Below, piece by piece: positions 10,801 through 17,961 of a stretch of 64,000 nucleotides of DNA. The notes under the pieces were generated by a model. The model was not told where the DNA came from and did no database searches. It worked only from the letters and a program-made list of their open reading frames with translations. The stretch is from an uncultured Gammaproteobacteria bacterium (GTDB taxonomy: Bacteria > Patescibacteriota > Microgenomatia > Levybacterales > GWA1-39-11). A program made the position numbers and the translations under genes. Numbering within the stretch: the stretch's first letter is position 1; every line of letters begins with the position of its first letter. The stretch covers positions 64,058-128,057 of the forward strand of contig CAYRKM010000002.1 of the NCBI GenBank assembly GCA_964425075.1, in the 5' to 3' direction.

Positions 10801-12245
10801 CTGCTGCTACTAAAAAAAGGGGCTTAACTCGGGATGTTTTTGACCAAAACACTGACGGAGCAATAGTACTACCAACAAGCAGAGAGGTAAATTTAAACAG
10901 TATTGGCATAAATCACACACGACATCACCAAATAGACAGAGAGGAAGCTTTGGCAATTACAGATTACTTCGACTCAGTGAGTCAATACCCTCTCCTTACA
11001 GTTGAGCAAGAACGTATAGCATTTAGATATCTAACTGAGGGAAAATCTGTCGCACAACTTCGTGATGATGGAGCATTTCTTGCGGCAAATCCTCGTAGCA
11101 CTGCAAAAATGCTTGCTGTACTTTCCGATAGTCGCTCCGTTAGAGATGTACTTGTTGCCTGTAATTTGAGACTCGTTGCCTCAATAGCAAATAGGTACAA
11201 AGGAAGACTTCCTTACACTGACCTGCTCCAGGAGGGAAATATTGGATTAATTAAGGGAATTGACGATTTTGACCCTGAGCGTGGATTAAAGCTTTCAACA
11301 TATGCAACCTGGTGGATTAAGCAATCAATAAGGCGTGCTATTGCTAATACGTCCCGAACTATTGACTTGCCTGTACACATGCATGAAATGGTCACAAAAA
11401 TGGTGCGTGTTTCAAATGAATTTTTTAGTAAACACCAGCGCTATCCATCTATAGAGGAGCTGGTTTCAGAAGGGTTTACTATATCCCAAGTTAACACAGC
11501 TATGCGCATAGCACGACTTGGAATTTCCAACCCCTCATCTCTTGATAGAACAATAGACGATGATGGTGAAACCACAATCGGGTCATTTGTTTCGGACGAA
11601 GGTGATCTTGAAGAAGAAACTATAGCCGCGATGGAAGAGGCTGAGCAAAGTCATATCGTTGGGCGTGCACTTTTATCTTTAAGCGAACGGGAACAGTTGG
11701 TGCTTACTCTTAGATTCGGGCTTGATGGTTCTGGCACTAGAACCCTTGAACAGGTTGGTAAAGAAATTGGTGTGACAAGAGAAAGAGCACGACAAATAGA
11801 AGTTAGTGCCCTAAAAAGACTTCGAGTAAATACCGGGCTTAGGGAGGCATACGATGGAGATTCCCCAAGTTTGCTTTGGTCAAGGGAAGTCTTGCCTACA
11901 AACGTATTGCCTCTTAGACCAGGGCCAATAGACATTGAGAGGGTCTCAGCAATCTCACAAGCTCAAGAAGTAGAAAGGTTGGAGGAGGAGAAAAACAGTC
12001 TTGAATTTGGCAGACAAGTTGTGGAACAAATAAAAATGGTACCTGATATATGGAATGCTTTAACTGATAGAGAGAAGACGCTTTTGACTCTTTATTTTAA
12101 AGGCACATTTGACCACAACACTACTAAAAGTAGACTTTCAAAAATCTTTGGCATAACCGAACAAGAGCTGTCTGTTTACATCGAGTATTCTGTTGCTTCT
12201 CTAGCCAAACACGTTGGTATGACATCCTCTGAGCTTCCTTCTTGA
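7809..12245 (+). CDS. fusion protein: unknown N-terminal region + SNF2-family ATPase + complete sigma-70 + extra C-terminal region-4-like HTH
   Basis: Single 1478-codon ORF with no internal stop. The track start is TTG at 7809, and an ATG lies at 7818. SNF2 motifs: LADEPGTGKT, IIDEAHNVK, QAIDRVHRIGQ. Sigma motifs: YPLLTVEQE, LLQEGNIGLIKGIDDFD, TYATWWIKQSIRRAI, TIDLPVHMHE, VTRERARQIEVSALKRLR. Confidence 0.85.
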   Translation: MSIMETLHSGFDHPPVGPAPHPDSSGRPVTHPLPGELDGEGMLDPTSLDFWRNLHANLTGFISKNYPFSDFLKNFDSEKGKVGRTHSNGDTNATYAYLNAIYKQRSFSHPGHPTLEQHIVSQFTPPTDDPDFAEIVEETRSLIRQRFPEHQLPRTTSLVKLQDPEFWSEFEDELSKTPSSSIFADFLKGGGGLSEDGSQMQGKYHDVWLDIYDPRGRTEFRNAYKEQTGRDIDTDSARDAQRIFFEVAPARIKAQLIKRYPRIFSGFAVEWVGNSQLPKAAQAVINTLGWLGEDNRKKILDVLSKYVHIETSSTSGFDFSAEDTSIILGQAAEQSEVVAAEVGPPTLETIIRDATNTFQLVEQEKLDNGNSENEQLSSELTAALETSYLYPTLRNVLYKPFALFWSKYLETHGGSSVPEDEMRSFLDTYAHNEIAQTSLSPEEQQMLERLKKNVFSTIFSEFIEIANYSSQINHFRERSIDGKAKHLFFHQVEGIKHLVEKGAGILADEPGTGKTVTLALAALNRVDQKFREPGKIARVLVVGSKTVNNNWEEELEMHVAPGDVDTVNFNSDELAQLSQAKRLEIMAQRLKNPTADRQVLLVNYDLFRNSFFQELLHSAGIDCTIIDEAHNVKSRFMDSIAEHNDDTSHNARLAKRTTNLYRFLLSNPNMDVYLGTSTPFVKELIEPLIMGHLVDRWSLPIDRVSALREDPAGANLALREVMIRRRKDAISDIPPKDTDFIPVDLSLLSAAERSELVSLGLDIERADESSFRRFFSMLSIEAQAKMPWLIEKINELTSDGRKVVVFTPFVNDQERLTASISTKAIAKRLIDSGITSVGVLDGTLSESEKLAVQRDFHDPNGVRVLVGNYQTAGESITLNSPFNRATEVIILVAPNTISRYIQAIDRVHRIGQDEKVTIHVPFLTEDPIARPDGTYDRRIVSRMLRELSLFNAVVDGLFFVEAADYYDEIRRGKNGNSEPRTALESGQTVRLDTEQKPPAATKKRGLTRDVFDQNTDGAIVLPTSREVNLNSIGINHTRHHQIDREEALAITDYFDSVSQYPLLTVEQERIAFRYLTEGKSVAQLRDDGAFLAANPRSTAKMLAVLSDSRSVRDVLVACNLRLVASIANRYKGRLPYTDLLQEGNIGLIKGIDDFDPERGLKLSTYATWWIKQSIRRAIANTSRTIDLPVHMHEMVTKMVRVSNEFFSKHQRYPSIEELVSEGFTISQVNTAMRIARLGISNPSSLDRTIDDDGETTIGSFVSDEGDLEEETIAAMEEAEQSHIVGRALLSLSEREQLVLTLRFGLDGSGTRTLEQVGKEIGVTRERARQIEVSALKRLRVNTGLREAYDGDSPSLLWSREVLPTNVLPLRPGPIDIERVSAISQAQEVERLEEEKNSLEFGRQVVEQIKMVPDIWNALTDREKTLLTLYFKGTFDHNTTKSRLSKIFGITEQELSVYIEYSVASLAKHVGMTSSELPS
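9264..10583 (+). other. SNF2/Swi2-type helicase core (N-lobe plus Helicase_C lobe) inside the fusion ORF
   Basis: aa ~486-925. Walker A LADEPGTGKT (nt 9324-9353), DEAH box IIDEAHNVK (nt 9681-9707), motif III-like LGTSTPF, motif VI QAIDRVHRIGQ (nt 10512-10544). Confidence 0.8.
10938..11828 (+). other. sigma-70 regions 1.2, 2, 3 and 4 inside the fusion ORF
   Basis: aa ~1044-1340. By eye this aligns block for block with RpoD-type sigma factors, including the region 2.4 and 4.2 recognition helices. Confidence 0.85.
12036..12218 (+). other. second region-4-like HTH at the C-terminus of the fusion ORF
   Basis: aa ~1410-1470. LTDREKTLLTLYFKG...SRLSKIFGITEQELSVYIEYSVASLAKHV parallels the upstream LSEREQLVLTLRFGL...LEQVGKEIGVTRERARQIEVSALKRL. 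Confidence 0.55.
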
Positions 12246-12281
12246 ATAATTCTAGCCTAAGGTGTAATATTCTTCGATATA

Positions 12282-13505
12282 ATGGCTGTAGATTTTTTTA
12301 GATACTACGTAAATCAAGAATTAATAAAACAAGCATCCGAGCTTAGCTCCAAAATCTCACAACTCTCCCTTGGTGGTCAACAAGAAGAAGCAGTGAGAAG
12401 AATGAGAGAAGCGAGACTTATATTGGAGAAAGTAAGAGGAGTTGATGCTCTAACAAACCAATTTCTTGAAGGACTCGAAGGCTTAGGAATTGAGCAACCT
12501 CCAATCAGTATTTTCTCATCCCCACCGGTCTCGCTTGAGCCCGGGATACCTTCTACAATTCCTGAAGTCACAGAACCCGAAATCCCTTTAGCATCAGGCT
12601 TCGAGACACTTCCTGATGAAAAAAAACATGCGGCAGAACCTGAGACAGATAATGCACAACTAAAACTAGATGACTTGCCTTTAGTTAAAAATGAAAGAAG
12701 AGCTCGTCGTGATTTGGGTGAAATAGAAGAACGTGTTGCATTTGCGCTTTTTGCAATTAATAGAGAGGGTAGTAATTTTGCTTTTCCTACCTATAGAGAA
12801 GTTGCTGAAGCAGTTTATGAAGGCAACACCGTAAATACAAATTATGTCAAAATGTCCGTAGCCAGAATTTTTGAAAAATTTGAGACTTTTAGTAGAAATC
12901 CTGATAATTCTTTACCTGTGCTTCAGAATTTCTACGACTGGCTTGGAACCATTTCTCAATACTCACAGGGGGAAATTCCTATTGAGGTGTTTGAGTCTAT
13001 TGCCTTACGTAAAATATCTTTTGAAGAATTCGAGGCACTTCTGAAAAATGCAGCTCCCCAAGAACCCTCCGGAAGTGATGAGTCTTCATATTTAACTTTA
13101 CCAACAACCGACACGAAAGATAACGAAACTTGGGAAGAAGAGAACCCACAGCCGATTCTTAACTTTCCTGAGATAGACATGCTTTGTCAGGTTATGCTAA
13201 GTGTTCGCAAGGATTTACTTAAGGAAGCTGGACTTGGGTGGCAGGACAGTGACTTTATGGAAATTGAGGGCATTGCAGAAAGACTAGGAATACAGGAGGG
13301 AGGTTCTGATATGGAAGCGCTGTTGCAGTCACTTAGACAAAAATTGGCAATTTTCCTACAAGCAAAGGAGGCCACTCTTGTTGTAAATGCAGACAATGAA
13401 GCAGCTCTAGCGTTATTATTCTTACTTTCAGATATAAGCTCTCAAGAACATCTCGATAAACTATTTGCTTCATTTGTAGCTCAAGCTGCAATAAACATGC
13501 ATTAA
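12282..13505 (+). CDS. hypothetical acidic protein with a sigma4/LuxR-like HTH segment
   Basis: 407-aa ORF 36 nt downstream of the fusion gene on the same strand. aa ~146-201 (nt 12717-12884), GEIEERVAFALF...PTYREVAEAVYEGNTVNTNYVKMSVARIFEKF, fits an HTH pattern. The rest is unrecognised. Confidence 0.6.
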   Translation: MAVDFFRYYVNQELIKQASELSSKISQLSLGGQQEEAVRRMREARLILEKVRGVDALTNQFLEGLEGLGIEQPPISIFSSPPVSLEPGIPSTIPEVTEPEIPLASGFETLPDEKKHAAEPETDNAQLKLDDLPLVKNERRARRDLGEIEERVAFALFAINREGSNFAFPTYREVAEAVYEGNTVNTNYVKMSVARIFEKFETFSRNPDNSLPVLQNFYDWLGTISQYSQGEIPIEVFESIALRKISFEEFEALLKNAAPQEPSGSDESSYLTLPTTDTKDNETWEEENPQPILNFPEIDMLCQVMLSVRKDLLKEAGLGWQDSDFMEIEGIAERLGIQEGGSDMEALLQSLRQKLAIFLQAKEATLVVNADNEAALALLFLLSDISSQEHLDKLFASFVAQAAINMH

Positions 13506-13871
13506 CTAAGATATTATCTTAAAACCCAATACCAAAACTCTATCATCGTCTTTTACATTCTTACCATAATATTTTTCAAATACTTTTCTTTGCTCTTCTT
13601 TGGAAGAATAAACCTCATGACCATTTCTATCTATTAGTAATTCTTCGAAAATAGTCCAATATTTTTCAATGATTTTAACTTTCGCAAAAGGCTTTCCTGT
13701 TTGACTATCTTTTACCATGATTTCATCCTCAATATTTAGAAAGTCGTACTTGTTTCCTAAGCGGTAAGTGAGTGTTTTGGAGCCATTAAGAATGAGAGGA
13801 ATTAAGTCTGTAGCAAAACCTATAGCTGTATTTTTGAAAAACATAGAAGATTTATGCGTGACATTGCTCAA
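13506..13871 (-). CDS. ASCH-domain protein
   Basis: 121 aa. LILNGSKTLTYRL and the overall size and pattern fit the ASCH (PUA-like) fold. Confidence 0.65.
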   Translation of the reverse strand: MSNVTHKSSMFFKNTAIGFATDLIPLILNGSKTLTYRLGNKYDFLNIEDEIMVKDSQTGKPFAKVKIIEKYWTIFEELLIDRNGHEVYSSKEEQRKVFEKYYGKNVKDDDRVLVLGFKIIS

Positions 13872-13981
13872 GTATTACGTATTTTCTTGCCTCACTCATC
13901 CGTCCGAAGGTCGGATGAGCGGGATAAGAACACTTCGCCCTGCTCAGAACCTTGTCCCGTCAAAAAATCCTAGATTTTTTG

Positions 13982-14052
13982 AGCGGGATAGGAGAATCGA
14001 ACTCCTTACCTCAGATTGGAAATCTGATGTTTTACCGGTAAACTAATCCCGC
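13982..14052 (-). tRNA. tRNA-Gly (TCC)
   Basis: Hand-folded. Acceptor GCGGGAT/ATCCCGC, anticodon arm TCAGA-TTTCCAA-TCTGA, T-arm AGGAG-TTCGATT-CTCCT. Confidence 0.85.
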
Positions 14053-14163
14053 TAGTATTTTCAAAGGAAATTAGTTTGCTTATTCATTTCTGAAAACCAA
14101 ACTAATAACGCTTTTGCTTAAGCTAATTAAGCTTCAAAATTATACCAAAGGAAAAAGCAGTAA

Positions 14164-15333
14164 TCAACTTTTTTTCGTGCGTTTGAGTTCAACGAAGTAA
14201 AAAAGAGCAATTCCTATAAGTACTAAAAATGCGCTAATAAAAAATGGGGCTCTTAGGCCAAAACTTGCTATAGAGTAGCCTATCACAATAGGCCCTATGA
14301 CTCTTCCCAAGCTCTCAAATGAGAATGCAAGTCCCATTGTTACTCCCTGGCCCTCAGTTGTTTGCTTTGACAAAAAAGCATTTACTGATGGCCGAGTCAG
14401 TGAGCTCCCTACAACGTAGGATATTGAAAAAATAAGAAAAAATGGCAATAGTGGAACTAGCGTTGCTGCAATTAGTCCTCCGGCAAGCAAAATAATTCCT
14501 ATCAAAATTGCATATAGATCGCCCACCTTTTTCTCAAGTTTTGCAAGAATTACCCATTGCGTAAATGCTGCTGTAAATCCAGTACCTGAAAAAAGTAATC
14601 CATTTTGTAGAGCGCTAAACCCAAAAACTCCCTGTGTATAAAATGGAATAGAAATACTAAAATTTGTAACATAGAATCCCCACACAAGCGTAAGGTAAAA
14701 AAGTACTCCAAACTTACCCTTCAGCGCAAGATACAGTGGCTTTATATTAATTAAACCCTCCCTAATACTAATGGTTTTATCCCTCTCAGTTACTGTTTCT
14801 TGAAGGAAAAACGTAATAATAAGAAGATTGACAAGTCCCACTCCAAATGCGACAAAAAATGGTGTTTGGAGCGCATGACTTCCCAAAAAACCCCCAATTG
14901 CCGGTCCCACAATAAACCCAAGCGCAAATGTACCTGTAACGCGTGAAATGTACTTCGAGCGATTATCCCCCTTTGAAACATCGGCTACATAAGCAAGGGC
15001 TGCGGGCAAAACTCCCGAAGTTCCTATTCCTTGAAAAGCCATACCTACAAAAACCCAACCAAGTGAGGGCGCAAATCCCGTTACCAGGAAAGAGAAAGCA
15101 TTTGCTCCTATTGAAAATAGTAATACAGGTTTTCTACCATACCTGTCTGAGAATTTACCCATGAGAGGAGCAAGTAAAAATTGAACAATTGCAAGAGTTG
15201 AGGCGAGAAGTCCTACTTGAAAAGAAGTTGCATTAAAGTGTTGCGCAAATAAGGGCAATATTGGAAATATCATCCCGACTCCAATAATATTTATAAAAAC
15301 TGTTACATATAACCAATAAAATTTCTTTTCCAT
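14164..15333 (-). CDS. MFS transporter
   Basis: 389 aa, about 12 TM helices. The MFS loop 2-3 signature GKFSDRYGRKP is present. Confidence 0.85.
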   Translation of the reverse strand: MEKKFYWLYVTVFINIIGVGMIFPILPLFAQHFNATSFQVGLLASTLAIVQFLLAPLMGKFSDRYGRKPVLLFSIGANAFSFLVTGFAPSLGWVFVGMAFQGIGTSGVLPAALAYVADVSKGDNRSKYISRVTGTFALGFIVGPAIGGFLGSHALQTPFFVAFGVGLVNLLIITFFLQETVTERDKTISIREGLINIKPLYLALKGKFGVLFYLTLVWGFYVTNFSISIPFYTQGVFGFSALQNGLLFSGTGFTAAFTQWVILAKLEKKVGDLYAILIGIILLAGGLIAATLVPLLPFFLIFSISYVVGSSLTRPSVNAFLSKQTTEGQGVTMGLAFSFESLGRVIGPIVIGYSIASFGLRAPFFISAFLVLIGIALFYFVELKRTKKS

Positions 15334-15571
15334 AATCTATTAGTAAATATAGGAGCCCATTAAATACACATTTTCAAATTGGCTCAATGAAGATACTATC
15401 ATTCAAATTGAGGATGAGCAACACAAAAAAATTTCACTAAAAAACAACATCCAGTAAAGGATTTTAGAAATATCAATCTTTCACAAAACCTTCACCTTAT
15501 GTCTTTTCCGGAAATAGTATGTCTACCAATTTTGCAGACATAAGGCAGATAAATGAATCCTTACTACCAAC

Positions 15572-15787
15572 CTATTTCTTTCCACCCATTTGTTTTTCCC
15601 AGAGTAGCCAAAGACCAGATAACCCAACCAAAACGTACACTAACCATTCAACTGTTGGCCAAGCTCCAAGAAGCAAATTCACTACGTTGTAATTCGTTCC
15701 GCCCATAAATCCACCAAGTCCAACGAGCAACCAGTTAACCGCACCTACTATAACTAACCACCAAGCGAGAGTTTGTAATGTTTTCAT
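15572..15787 (-). CDS. DUF378-family small membrane protein
   Basis: 71 aa. WWLVIVGAVNWLLVGL...NVVNLLLG is typical of DUF378. A strong SD (AAGGAGGTGA) lies 5 nt upstream. Confidence 0.75.
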   Translation of the reverse strand: MKTLQTLAWWLVIVGAVNWLLVGLGGFMGGTNYNVVNLLLGAWPTVEWLVYVLVGLSGLWLLWEKQMGGKK

Positions 15788-15893
15788 TTTTTATCACCTC
15801 CTTTCGTATAGCCTAATTTAATAGTAGAACTGTTTTGGAATATTAGTCAAGGGGGTAAAATATCAGTACAAGAAGCCTTAAGGTGTACATTCC

Positions 15894-16114
15894 GTCGGGG
15901 ATAAAGCAAGTTTGTCCCCTTCTTCATTTCATTCAGTCGGGGATAAGGAAACCTTGTCCCCACCAAATTCTTCGAGTTTGTCGGGGATAGAGGACTCGTT
16001 CTGTGAAACAGCCTGCAAGACAATCCGACCTGCCGAAGGCAATAATGTCGGGGATAGAGGACTCGTTCTGTGAAACAGTCTGCAAGACAATCCGACCTGC
16101 CGAAGGCAATAATG
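15894..16114 (-). repeat. tandem truncated tRNA-Pro-derived repeats downstream of tRNA-Pro
   Basis: GTCGGGGATA recurs starting at 15894, 15936, 15980, 16047 and 16114. The last copy is the true tRNA 3' end. The two 67-nt units (15980-16046, 16047-16113) differ at 1 nt and carry 19 nt of the tRNA T-arm/acceptor 3' side. Confidence 0.85.
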
Positions 16115-16187
16115 TCGGGGATAGAGGACTCGAACCTCCGACCTCACGGTCCCAAACCGCGCGCTCTACCAACTGAGCTAATCCCCG
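16115..16187 (-). tRNA. tRNA-Pro (TGG)
   Basis: Hand-folded. Acceptor CGGGGAT/ATCCCCG, anticodon loop TTTGGGA, T-loop TTCGAGT. Confidence 0.9.
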
Positions 16188-16408
16188 AATTGTTTATATT
16201 GTAATTCCTCACCTCATCAAATACAAGATTTGAGTCTAAGTGGTGTAAAGTGTATCAAACCACATAATGACCATGTGGATAAGTTCAAATAGTACTTGAC
16301 AAACAGAGTTTGAACGTGCATATTAGTATGGTAAGTTCAAATGAGCTTAAATCATTCTAAAGAATATTTAGAAAGATTATTATAATTGAAAGGAGGTGAA
16401 GTAAAGAT

Positions 16409-16585
16409 ATGAAAATGCAATTTTATGATGTAAAGACTCGAAGCAAAGTTGACGCTGAAGTAACTGAAAAGACTACTTACCAAGTAAAGGGACAAACTAA
16501 ATACGCTGTAAAGGGAAAGACTTCAGACGGACGAAATTTGACTAGATTCGTAAGCAAAGATGCATACGACTCAGCAAACGTTTAG
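16409..16585 (+). CDS. 58-aa Lys-rich small protein (not in ORF track, below 60 aa)
   Basis: ATG preceded by AAGGAGGTGA. Translation: MKMQFYDVKTRSKVDAEVTEKTTYQVKGQTKYAVKGKTSDGRNLTRFVSKDAYDSANV. A TTGACA box lies at 16296-16301, and a 13-bp hairpin at 16621-16651 follows the gene. Confidence 0.6.
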   Translation: MKMQFYDVKTRSKVDAEVTEKTTYQVKGQTKYAVKGKTSDGRNLTRFVSKDAYDSANV

Positions 16586-16650
16586 TCAGCAGTGTGTTGT
16601 ACGCAATACACTACAAATTACATTAACAGGCCGCTTGACGGTCTGTTAAT

Positions 16651-17448
16651 GTGTATAAAAAACATATGGAAGTTTTAGTATATATTCTCTTATTTAACCT
16701 TTTTGGGAGCGTCATTTCACTTTTTGGTGGAGTACTTCTTCTCCTAAATAGAAATTTTTCACATAGTGTCTCTCATTATCTTTCCTCATTTGCTGCTGGA
16801 ACACTACTTGGAGCAGCTTTTTTTGACCTTTTACCTGAAGCATTGGGTGAGGGAGAGCATTCTGGGATAAAGATAATTACAATTTTTGCTTGGACACTAA
16901 CAGGTATTTTGTTTTTCTTTCTTATTGAAAGATTTTTGCATTGGTTTCATCATCATGGCTACGAAGACCATGAAGCTACCGGAAAACCCACAATTCCACT
17001 AATTGTAATAGGAGATACAATCCATAACTTCATTGATGGGATTGCAATTGCCGCAACATTTATGCTTAGTATTCCACTTGGAATAGTTACCACCTTTGCA
17101 GTTGCCGCTCATGAAATACCTCAAGAAATTGGTGACTTTGGTATTATGCTTAAGAATGGGCTAAGCCGAAGAAAGATACTGACAGTAAATATAGGCAGCG
17201 CATTAGCCTCCTTTATTGGAGCCATTCTTGCTTTTTATTTCATAGAGCAAGTAGAGGGTCTTACTGCAATATTTCTATCTCTAACCGCCGGCTTTTTCTT
17301 ATATATAGCACTTTCAGATCTTATTCCAGAGATTCATCACGAAAACAAAAAAGGGCTTGCTCTTTGGGAAACAACTTGCCTTTTAACTGGAGTAATTGTT
17401 ATGTACCTTGCTATTTTAATTCTGGAGAGTTCATTGGGGGGACACTAG
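16651..17448 (+). CDS. ZIP-family divalent metal transporter (ZupT-like)
   Basis: HNFIDGIAIAA and HEIPQEIGDFG signatures, plus a His-rich loop HWFHHHGYEDHE. The start is probably the ATG at 16666 rather than the GTG at 16651. Confidence 0.85.
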   Translation: MYKKHMEVLVYILLFNLFGSVISLFGGVLLLLNRNFSHSVSHYLSSFAAGTLLGAAFFDLLPEALGEGEHSGIKIITIFAWTLTGILFFFLIERFLHWFHHHGYEDHEATGKPTIPLIVIGDTIHNFIDGIAIAATFMLSIPLGIVTTFAVAAHEIPQEIGDFGIMLKNGLSRRKILTVNIGSALASFIGAILAFYFIEQVEGLTAIFLSLTAGFFLYIALSDLIPEIHHENKKGLALWETTCLLTGVIVMYLAILILESSLGGH

Positions 17449-17452
17449 AAGA

Positions 17453-17959
17453 TTATTGAACAATCAAAGTTCCTACCATTCCCATTGCTCGATGATTACC
17501 AACGCTACAGTAGTATTCGAAACTTCCTTTTTTAGTAGCCTTAAATTTAATAGTTTCAGAACTTCCGGCCTGTAAAACTTTGGTTCTTGCACTAAATTCA
17601 TCAATCACCCAGTCATGTGTACCCTGAGCATTAGTAAACACTATTTCAACAATATCTCCCTCATTTACCGTAATAGTTTTGGGATCAAACTTAAAAGCGC
17701 TTCCTGTAACTTTAAAGGATTTAACTTCACCCTCAGCCATATCTCCATTTGACTCAGACTGTAATTCTTGGGCAACTGTAGGCTCGGCTTGAATATCAGT
17801 TGTGGTTTGCGTAGAAGGTTTTTGTGTTAAAAAGTAGGCTATTATTCCAATGACTGCAACCGCAGCAACAATTCCAATAATGATAGTGGTGCTCATTCCT
17901 TTCTGTGAATTTCTGAATTTCATAATAATTAATATGCCATTCTTTGAAAAAAATGTCAA
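17453..17959 (-). CDS. membrane-anchored cupredoxin (type-1 blue copper protein)
   Basis: N-terminal TM helix, then a cupredoxin-like domain with ligand pattern GTHDW ... YYCSVGNHRAMGM (His, Cys-x4-His-x3-Met). Confidence 0.75.
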   Translation of the reverse strand: MTFFSKNGILIIMKFRNSQKGMSTTIIIGIVAAVAVIGIIAYFLTQKPSTQTTTDIQAEPTVAQELQSESNGDMAEGEVKSFKVTGSAFKFDPKTITVNEGDIVEIVFTNAQGTHDWVIDEFSARTKVLQAGSSETIKFKATKKGSFEYYCSVGNHRAMGMVGTLIVQ

Positions 17960-17961
17960 GC

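Noticed and set aside
7809-12245. SNF2 ATPase as part of a defence island (DISARM, BREX or Zorya-like)
   Set aside because: No methyltransferase, PLD, DUF1998 or ZorA/B-type partners are nearby. The ATPase is in frame with a full sigma factor, which points to transcription rather than defence.
13917-13930. Partial duplicate of the tRNA-Gly(TCC) 3' end (GAGCGGGATA) downstream of the tRNA
   Set aside because: Only a 10-nt match, overlapping the 3' arm of a strong hairpin (13892-13918). It is too short to distinguish from chance.
15929-16172. Two overlapping minus-strand ORFs (72 and 79 aa) with internally repeated peptides
   Set aside because: They lie entirely within tRNA-Pro and its tandem truncated copies. 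The repeated peptide simply mirrors the 67-nt DNA repeat.
15894-16187. Integrated prophage or genomic island at tRNA genes
   Set aside because: Duplicated tRNA 3' ends are only 37-95 nt apart with no cargo. No integrase, recombinase or phage structural genes were recognised anywhere in the 64 kb.
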